From the human T2T-CHM13v2.0 reference genome, Homo sapiens: DNA of 64,000 nt. This document shows, piece after piece, positions 55,331 through 64,000 of this stretch. A program made the position numbers and the translations under genes. The stretch is taken from NCBI RefSeq assembly GCF_009914755.1, contig NC_060934.1; one strand, written 5' to 3'. Position 1 is the first letter of the stretch, and each line of letters begins with the position of its first letter. Below the pieces are notes generated by a model. That model was not told the DNA's origin, ran no database searches, and saw only the letters and a list, made by a program, of their open reading frames with translations.

Positions 55331-56983
55331 TGAGTGATGGTATCTGGTGTGTGCATACAGCCATTTTCTTACTAAAGGCCAACAGCATCAAGCAGTCTAC
55401 TAATGGTTGTTATTTATCTGATTAGGATCCAGAGTTCCAAAAAGGTTAATTCTTATTTTTTCCAGTTTAATGGCAGTTTTTGTGGAGGGATTGACTTCTA
55501 TAACTTCCTATTCCAATCTTCTAAAATCCACTTTAAAAGAATGGTTTAAATTGTGTGCTTGTAGGATGAAATTGATAAACAATTACTTTAATAACTTTCA
55601 AAATTACATCATAGAGATAATGTCCTTTGACTATTGGGTGTTCATATATTTGGCATGTTATGAACAACCTTCTGGAAGATAAAGGCCTTTTATCTCATAC
55701 TTAATATTAAGACAGGAACCAGTGTGCTAGCAATGGCTTTTGGGTTTGATGTGATATATTTGCATGTAATGATTTTTTAAAACTTAGAGAGAAAAATCCT
55801 CTCATACAAAACAAAATAGTTTTTACTGTTATGAGAAAGTAGTTATTAATTACTTATAAAACATGCAAGTATCTTTATGATATTTGGTGACTTATTTTTC
55901 TCCAGCCATCTTGTCTTGTTGTTAGTGGGGAAAAAAATAGGGATGCTCTTTATCTATGAAAATGTGAAAAGTATATACACATTTTAACTATACATGGTTT
56001 CCCTAAAAATTCTTCTTCTGTTTTTAATCCTCTAAAATGATCATTGATATGTACAAATAAATATTGATGATAGCAACTGAAGGATCATTTTTGCTGTTAT
56101 CAGAAATTGAAAATACTGTAACAGTCTATCAATAGAGAAATGGTTATGTACATTATGATACATAGCATATGTCCATATTTAGAATACGTACCAAATGTAT
56201 ACAACAAAGTACAATGAATACATGATTATACTAAGATGGATAGGCATGGATCCACATATTACTCTGTTTGTACATGGTCTTTTCCAAACAGAAATACAAT
56301 GTAAGAAAGAAGAAAAGAAAAATAAAGAGAAAGAGAATAAAGGCGACAAAATAAAATATAAACCAGGATGCATAAGCTGGTCTCACCTTAGGGCTGGAAC
56401 ACCAGTAAAGCTTCTCTTCTCTGGAAAAAGCTTAGGTCTCTGAAGTTTTCTCAGTGCATCAAAACTGACAGCAGCAGGAATATGGTTTTGCTAAAGGCAA
56501 CAGAAGAGCAAAACAGTCTCAAGATTTAAATATTAATCCAAAGGTTAAACTTTTTACCTTAATGTTGCTACTTTCTGTATGCACATCCCACAGGATGTAG
56601 GAAGGTGGAAAGGATGAAGGAATGTGGAAAATGTAGAAAATTAGAAAATAAGGTAAATTTAAAAGGTAATACGACTAACATTCATTCATTCACATTAAGC
56701 TCCTACCTTGTACCACATTCTATTGTAGACACTGCGGATGTAGCAGTGAAAAAAAGAAAATAAAGAAAAATATGCCTTTTTGGAGCTTACATTCTCTTGG
56801 AAGGAGATGTGTAACAACATAAATAATTAAACTATATAATATGTTAAGTGTTGCTAAGTGCTATGGAGGAAAGTAAAGCAGACAAAGCAAATAAAGAACA
56901 CGAGGAGGAGATATAATTTTAAGTAGGGAAATAAGGAAGGCATGACGGAGACAGTAGCATTTGAGTGAAAGACTTGAAGAAGG

Positions 56984-57362
56984 TGATATGGTTTGACTGG
57001 GTCCCCCACTAAATCTAAAGCTTGAATGGTAGTTCCCATAATCCCCACATATCATGGGAGGGACCTGGTGGGAGACAATTGAATCATGGGGGCAGTTACC
57101 CCCACGCTGCTGTTCTTGTGATATGAATGAATTCTCATGTTCTCTGAGGGTTTTATCAGGGTTTTTTCCCCCATTTTGCTTGGCACTTCTCCTTGCTGCC
57201 ACCACGTGAAGAAGGATGTGTTGCTTCCCCTTCCACCATGGTTGTAAGTTTCCTGAGGTCTCACCAGCTGTGCAGAACTGTGACTCAATTAAATCTCTTT
57301 CCTTTATAAATTACCCAGTCTAGGATATATTTTTATTAACAGCATGAGAAGGAACTAATCCA
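56984..57362 (+). mobile_element. THE1 (B/C-type) solo LTR
   Basis: 'tgatatggtttg...gttcccataatcccca...gggagggacctggtggga...ataaattacccagtc...actaatcca'. Confidence 0.9.
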
Positions 57363-57447
57363 GGAGATAAGGAAACAATTCAGGGAGGAATTTGAAGACA
57401 GGTGTTTTCAGTCAGAGAAACCATGTACAAAGTATCTAATATGAGAG

Positions 57448-57817
57448 TGCTATGGTCTGAATGTTGACAACCCCCCCCCCCATTACTGTTGAAATGTAAT
57501 TCACAGTATGATACTATTAAAAGTTAAGGTCTTTGGAAGGTGATTATGTCATGAATACAGAGCCTTCATGAAGGAGATTGGTGCCTTTATAAAGGATGCC
57601 TGAGGGGGCTGGTTTGTCCCTTCCACCATATGACAACTCCACCATGTGAAGAAGAAGATGGGTCTATGAACTAGGAAATAGGGCCTCATCATATATGGAA
57701 TATGTGAGCACTTTGATCTGGGACTTAGCTTCCAGAACTGTGAAAAATAAATTTCTGTCATTTATAAGCTACTTAGTCTATGGTATTTTGTTATAGCTGC
57801 TCGAATGGGCTAACACA
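57448..57817 (+). mobile_element. MLT1A/MSTD-type LTR with near-perfect 5-bp TSD gagag/gagac
   Basis: 'tgctatggtctgaatg...tccagaactgtgaaaaataaatttctg...ggtattttgttatagc...taacaca'. Confidence 0.85.
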
Positions 57818-59429
57818 GAGACAATTCCCAGCCTGCCCAAATAGCACCAGGAAGTGTTGGGTACAGCAAACCTGGAACAGAGGCATGAGGGGAAGAGCAA
57901 CAGGGCTGTGATCAAAGAGGTGTGCCTGGTGGGGAGCATGAGTAGAGCTATATAATCTGTACAATAATGACTCAGAGTGGAATTAGAAGTCCTTAAAAGT
58001 GAGTGAGCAGAGTGGCATGATCTCTATGATACTATGTTATATTCTTGCTTGGGTATTGAGAATAGACTGAGGGTGAGGGCTAATGCAGAAGCAGGAAGGG
58101 GGATAAAAATTCAGATGAGACATGATTTTGGCTTGGCCTGGGTGGATAACAGCAGTAGTAAAAATTATTTAAATGTTTTGAAGGTGGGTTTGCTGAGAAG
58201 TAAAGGATGTGTGGAGAAAACTGGATTGAGAATTGTATAAGGACTGTATTGTATATTGTATGAGAGTGTAGATCCAGGATGAGTCACAGTATTTTTGAAG
58301 TTGTAGTAAATGGAATGAACTAGAAAGATAGAAGTTAATGTTCAGAAGGCAGGAGACTTAAAAGTTAGATTGTAAAAATTTGCAATTAGGAGTAATAACG
58401 TGGTTTGAGCTGAGATCATGAGATTGAATAGCTAGATACTGAAGATAGCAAGTACATTGGAAATGACGAGGTCAAATGTCAAAGAAGATAAGTAATTTAA
58501 ATGAGACATCAAAATAATGGCAGTAAGTCAGGTTGTAAAGACTTCAAAGAATGAGGGAAAGTGACTAAACATTGGGAGAGTGATCAATATAATCAAATGG
58601 TATGAGATTCCAAGCTGGAGGGGTTTGAGGAGAAGGAAGTAGAAGTATTCTGCAAGAGGACACTTATTTTACTTCTAGAGGCAGTGGTTAGAGCGCTGAG
58701 GGTGAGAACTAGTCTGCACTTAGGGGGAGACATGAGAAGCAGCAGCATCAGTGAGAGACAGATGACAATAAGAATGAAAATGTAAAGGGAAAATTGAGAA
58801 ACTTATAAAAATTGAGATTCTTCTATGCACTCTGTACGTTTCTTACAGAAGCTTTCAACGCATTTAATTTCATTTAAATCTTGCAATACTCTTGAGAGAT
58901 ATTATCATTCCCTTTTTACCAAAAAAAGGCTGAATGGCCAAGATCACATAAAATCACATAAGTAATAGAAGTCAAAAGTATGACTTTAACCCATCTAGTG
59001 TTATAAGAACCACATAATCTTCAATAAGTTGAAAGTATCTTAATTAAATTAAAAAAATTAATAAAATTTTTTTCAAAAGATGTATTCAAGTTATCAATGT
59101 GAAGAAAAATGAACATATTACTTAGAAACAGCCCTGGATTAGAGTCCCAATTATATCACTTAATAATTGTGTGGTTTAGGTAAGCCATGTAAAGTTGCTG
59201 TACTACTTAAATTTAAAATAAAGACAATTTTACCTAAACATAAAATTGTTGTAATGTTATTGTGCAGTTATAAATCACTTATTAAATTATAAATTTATGA
59301 TAAGTATTAAACAGAATACTTAATTTTAAGCCATAAGGTCTTCTATTAGAAAAATACTCAAATATAATGTGATACATCACTCATTTTTATAAATATAAAT
59401 TTAATTATAGCCTTAATAAAAAATTTTGG

Positions 59430-60660
59430 AGGTGCATTACCAAGGCTAAATTTATATTTCATAAAATGAACAAATTTAAGATGTGTACCTTAACTTTATG
59501 TATTTCTGCACTCATATTCACACCAGCCATATCAAGATAAAGAAGTTTCACTACCACAGAAAATGTTGTGCTGCTTTATTCCAGTCGATAACCACTGGTC
59601 AAATTTGTCTGGAATCATATAGATTTTATGCTTTTGTGTCTGACCTATTTTACTCAACATGATATTTTGGAGATTTATCTATGCTGTTTTATGTGTCAAT
59701 ATTTTATTTTGTATTGCTATGTATTATTACTCTGTAAGTCAATATCATAATTTATCTCTTCTCCACTTTATAGATGTTACATCCAGTTTTTGCCTACAAA
59801 AAAAACCTGCTGTGAATAATTTTATATCGGTCTCTATTGTGTGAATACACACCCTCATTTATTTTTGGTACATACCTATAAATTGAATCACGATGTCACT
59901 GGGTATGTGTGCAGGTTAACTTTATAAGAAATTGCCAAACTTCTTTAAAATATAGCTGTAAATTTACTCTCCCACCACAAATGTATGAGATTTTCTTTGC
60001 TTCATAACCTCTTCAACACTTGCTATATTCAGTCCCCAATTTTCTTTCTTAAGAGATGGAGTCTTGCTCTATCACACAGGCTGGAGTAGAGTGGCACAAT
60101 CATAGCTCACTGCAGCCTTGGACTCCTGGGCTCGAGCTATCCTCCCATATCGGTCTCCAGGTATTTAGCCATTTTAATTTTACCAGTTCTCTTGGATATG
60201 TAATGACATCTCACTGAGGTTTTTATTTTCATTTTTTCTGATGACCAACTATGTCATCAGGAGTGAAATCACTGAGTCATAAAGTCATTGCCTGTTAAAC
60301 TGTTTGTTTGCTTTTTAAAGAAAGTATCAAATTGTTAGAGAATGGCTTTGTTATTTTACATTCCCATCAACCGTGCAGCAGTTAAGTAGTTTCTTTGCAG
60401 CCTTGCTAGCACTCAGTGTTGTCATTATTTTTTATTGTAACTATTCCATTGGGTATATATTGAAATCCCATTGGGTTTTAATTTTTCATTCCCTAATGGC
60501 TAATGATGTTGACGTCTTTTCATGCTCTGATTTTCCAAACATATATTCTTTTCAGTGAAATGTATATTCATGTCTTTTGCCCACTTTCTAATTTGACTTT
60601 GTTCACTCTTAAGTTTTGAAAGTTCTTTATATATTCTTGCTACTAGTCTTTTTCAGACAC
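59430..60660 (-). mobile_element. Old L1ME fragments
   Basis: 'tggaatcatatag...ttactcaacatgata...taagaaattgccaaac...ttccctaatggctaatgatgttg...tcttttgcccacttt'. Confidence 0.75.
60040..60163 (-). mobile_element. AluJ/FRAM right-arm fragment
   Basis: 'gagatggagtcttgctct...catagctcactgcagccttggactcctgggctc'. Confidence 0.8.
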
Positions 60661-61999
60661 ATGGCAAGCAAAAGGGGAAGGAAGGAGCACCTTTTTACTG
60701 TCAAGTTGAGATGAAGGTCAAGGTTCCCCATTAGGCCTCCTTTGCCACACAAAAAGTAAATACTCTGTGTTTTTAAGATAAAGTAATGGATGCCAAGAAA
60801 GACTCAAATTTTTTTTATGTACTAATCATAAAAATGAACTATGATTTATAATTCTTCTCGTCCATTTTCATTATACATAAGTTAAGAAAACAAAATACAT
60901 CATACTCAATAATAAGAATTCTGAGTAGAAACTCACCAGTTCACCTTAGCTATATTTTCCCTTTTGGGTTTCTTTTACTTTTTTTTCTCTCTCTCCTTTT
61001 TCTTTAAAAATTTTGGAGTGTGCAGAGGGATAAGGGTGAGGGAGCGTGGCAAGGAGAGGAGTTCAGATCAGGACAGGGAATGGAGGAGGGCAAGGAGTGA
61101 AGGGCACAACCCACAGCCTGGGAAAGAGAGGCATGAAACCCAGCGTGTCAGGTGGACGGATCATGGAATGGGGGGCCAGCGGAGGTTAAGGAAGGAGGGC
61201 CCAAAGGTAGGGGTGGGAAAAAGAGAAGAGGAGGAGGAGGAAGTGCGCGTGTGAAGAGTGTTAAGAAAACGACAGGACAGAGCGGGGAGGGGAAAAGCGG
61301 GCCGAGGGACAGGGTGAAAGGTGAGAAAGGAGGGTATGAGGAAAGAGGGTCCGGGGCGCTGGGGATTTGGGGAGACGATGGAGCGACGGGTAGAGCAGCT
61401 TGGGCCGAGCCGCGGGGGTGGAATCCAGACGCCGGGCGGGGGAGGGGGCGGCGGGGCGGCGGGACGGTGGGTGGGGGCCACCAGGCGGCGCCGGAGACCA
61501 CCAAACATTACAGCGAGCGAGCCTGCTTCCTGGAGGGAGTGCAGACAAGGACCAGGAGCGGGAGCCGAGCCTCGCGGCCCGGGGCACGGCGCCGCCCGCC
61601 CCTCCCCGGCAGTGCCTCCCGACCCCCTGCCCTCCGCTGGGACATGGCCTGAGGCCCCGCCCGCCGCCCGGGACCCCTCCCCCACGCTGCCCCCGGACCC
61701 TCGCCCCAGGACCGCGGGGTCTCTTCCCGGCCCCGCCGCCCGCCCCGGCGAGAACAGGCCCGGCGGGCAAGGCGGCGGCGGACCGAGGGAGGCCTGGCCC
61801 GGCAGCGGGGAGAAGGGTGCGGCGCAGCCCGAGTTTCCCACCTTTTCTCCTGGCCCAGACGCGGCTGGGGCGGACGGGATCTCTCGCGCTCTGCCTCCTC
61901 CTCTTGCTTCATGGAGCCATGCGCCTGGGTGGAGGCTCCCGAGAGAAGCTGCCCTGCGGGCGGGCCGGACGCGCTGCGCGGACGGGGCGGGGCGAAGGA

Positions 62000-62141
62000 G
62001 GCCGGCAGGCGGAGGAGGAAGCGGCGGGGCGGAGGCGGCGGCGGCCGGGAAGAACTAGAGGTATTCCCCGGGCGGCTGGAGGACTGAGTCGAGCCGGGAC
62101 CCGAGTCCTCCGGTATCCCAGCAGCCACCGGAGGCAGTGAG
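62000..62141 (+). other. Candidate non-coding first exon (start approximate)
   Basis: GGC-rich leader ending in splice donor GAG|GTAATG (GT at 62142-62143); no ATG within it. Confidence 0.5.
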
Positions 62142-62246
62142 GTAATGGAGGAAGAATGTAGGGAGACCTCCAGTGGACCGCACTCCTTCTAGCGAGCCGC
62201 GGAAACCATAGAGATCAGGGCTCAGCCGGAGGGCCGGCCCACTGCT

Positions 62247-62280
62247 GTCACGTGGCCTCCATCCGTGCGCTTTATTGGCT
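62247..62280. promoter_or_regulatory. E-box GTCACGTGG (USF/MiT-TFE type) plus inverted CCAAT (ATTGGCT)
   Basis: gtcacgtggc at 62247-62256; attggct at 62274-62280. Confidence 0.55.
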
Positions 62281-62491
62281 GGTGCTGGCTTTACGGGGTT
62301 GAATTTTGGACGCTGCCTGCCATTCGTGGGACCGAGTTTCAGGCAGCTGGAATAAAGAGAGACATCGGGGGAAAGCCGCGAGAAGGCCAGCGTCCCTGGC
62401 TGGGAGCAGAGCTAGCCGAGTAGGGCGCCCGGCTGTCAAACTGGCCGGCGCAGTGCACGCTGGGCCGCCCCGGAGCGGTCGCAGAGCCCGT

Positions 62492-62506
62492 CGGGAGTCG
62501 TAGTCC
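62492..62506 (-). promoter_or_regulatory. ZNF143/THAP11-type SBS motif
   Basis: Minus strand GGACTACGACTCCCG vs consensus ACTACANNTCCCA. Confidence 0.55.
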
Positions 62507-63432
62507 GGGACGGGCCCGCGGCATTGTCCGCGACGCAGCTCGGGATCCGGGTCGGGGTGTCGGCCGGGTTGCTGCCGGGCACCGTCGAGCGTTAGCCACC
62601 CAGCATTGAGCTGCCAGCGGCTGTTCTCCCTAAGCACCCTCGCTCACGTCGCCTCGCCTCGCCTCGCCTGACCGGCCGCAGCCTTGGATACCAGCCTTAA
62701 ATCGAGCCGACTACGGCCCAGCCCCGCCCGCGGCGAGGTGCGCGGGGTTCGGTGCCAGCCGCTCGCCCCTGGCGGGGCCAGCCTCTTGATGCACCGGGGA
62801 CGGGCGCCCCCATCCGACTCTTCGAGGGGCGGCAGGGCCCCATCTGTGTCTTTCGCTCTCGAGCCCCCAGCTAGAGTTGGCTTCAGCGGAATACCTACTG
62901 TGCGGGATTATTCAACAAGCCGATTGATCACATTCTTCAGCTCTAGCAGTGCAAAGGCTTCACTGAAAAAGAACATTACAAATTTTTTTTGAAAGAAATT
63001 TGGGGGTAAATTTAATTTTAAATACTGATTTTTGATAACATTTGATCTTATGACAGCATTTGTATTTTTAATTACAGATAGGATTACACTAAAAGTCATT
63101 TCTGACCTGCTCCCTTACCCTTATGGCTAAAATAAACGGCTAGGCCCTGAAGCAAAGGCGAGCCATGTTCTAGAGCACTGTCTTTCTTGTATTAAAATAC
63201 GGCCCCATGCTCACAAAAAAAAAAAAAAAAAATTTTGGAGTGTAAACATATACATCATCTTAATTTGAGTCCTTATGTGTTGACGGTGTGCAGGGAAGAA
63301 TGGGAAAGTAACTGTAAGTGGAGCTCAGAAAGAACTAACAAATTCATGAAAAAGTGACATTATTGCTGGTCTATTTTTTTTTTTAATTTTCTGCTTCCTC
63401 ACACTCTCCCATACTAAATGAATTATTTAGTG

Positions 63433-63735
63433 GGTTTTTTTTTTTGTTTTTTTTTTTTTGTGATACGGAGTTTTGCTATTGTTGCCCAGGCTGGCACGAT
63501 CTTGGCTCACCGCAACCTCCGCCTCCCAAGTTCAAGTGATTCTCCTACCTCAGCCTCCCAAGTAGCTGGGATTACAGGCATGCACCCCCGCGCCCGGCTA
63601 ATTTTTTCTGTTTTTATTAGAGACGGGGTTTCTCCATGGTGGTCAGGCTGGTCGCAAACTCCCGACCTTAGGTGATACGCCCACCTCGGCCTCCCAAAGT
63701 GCTGGGATTACAGGCGTGAGCCACCGTGCCCGGCC
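63433..63735 (-). mobile_element. AluSp with a small internal deletion
   Basis: 'ggtttctccatg..ggtcaggctggtc...actcccgacc' Sp-type; lacks 'agtgcaatgg' between two tgg. Confidence 0.9.
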
Positions 63736-64000
63736 GACAGGTGTTTTTTATGAGTTACAGACTATGTGCTTTCAGAATGAGGCAACCGATTTAAGGATGT
63801 AAGCATAATTTAAGGATATTGAAAATGATATAGGAATAAATTTTGTTTAGTCATTCATGGATTTATTCATTTTCAGATGACTATGTGTGTGAATATTTAA
63901 GAATTCTAAAACCGCATGGGATTACTTATAACTATATAGGAGCCTAACACGATAATGGAATCAGAATATACTTTGCTGAAGGGAGGAGGCTTTTAACTGA

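Larger units (their letters stand above)
56679..58790 (-). mobile_element. L2 (long, interrupted by THE1 and MLT1A LTRs)
   Basis: 3' end 'cattcattcattcacattaagctcctac...ggagcttacattct' and continuing purine-rich L2 text. Confidence 0.7.
61260..62910. promoter_or_regulatory. CpG island / promoter of an unidentified gene
   Basis: Very high GC and CpG density; GC boxes (ggggcgggg 61985-61993, ggggcggagg 62026-62035), E-box, inverted CCAAT and a ZNF143-type motif. Confidence 0.92.

Noticed and set aside
61148-62140. Overlapping ORFs of 118-246 aa on both strands
   Set aside because: They lie in the CpG island, where stop codons are depleted. Products are G/P/R/A low-complexity, several frames are open at once, many start at non-ATG codons, and I recognise no domain.
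61260-62910. Naming the gene served by the CpG island
   Set aside because: No coding exon is in the window, and the candidate loci I considered did not fit the upstream sequence; needs BLAT

Overview
Primate genomic DNA, most likely human or another hominoid, judged from AluJ/S/Y, L1PA/MA/ME, THE1/MST/MLT1, MIR, L2 and MER elements. About 61 kb is repeat-rich non-coding sequence with no protein-coding exon I can support. It ends in a ~1.65 kb CpG-island promoter (about 61260-62910) with candidate non-coding first exons on the + strand; I cannot name the gene. All listed ORFs look spurious (Alu/L1/LTR-derived, low-complexity, or GC-rich stop-codon depletion). I found no evidence of a new multi-gene biological system. 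The most interesting signals are DNA-level: (1) a 113-bp templated insertion with a snap-back hairpin and flank microhomology inside an L2 (22208-22344, donor 21382-21495); (2) an orphan CpG patch with a strong CTCF motif next to that donor; (3) an inverted-copy/palindromic scar inside an L1MC-type element (54518-54793); (4) several near-perfect tandem micro-duplications; (5) a repeat-poor AT-rich block with clustered PBX/HOX/MEIS motifs; (6) hints of a divergent spliced antisense transcript from the CpG island. Repeat subfamily names come from recognising consensus sequences by eye, and boundaries of old elements are approximate.
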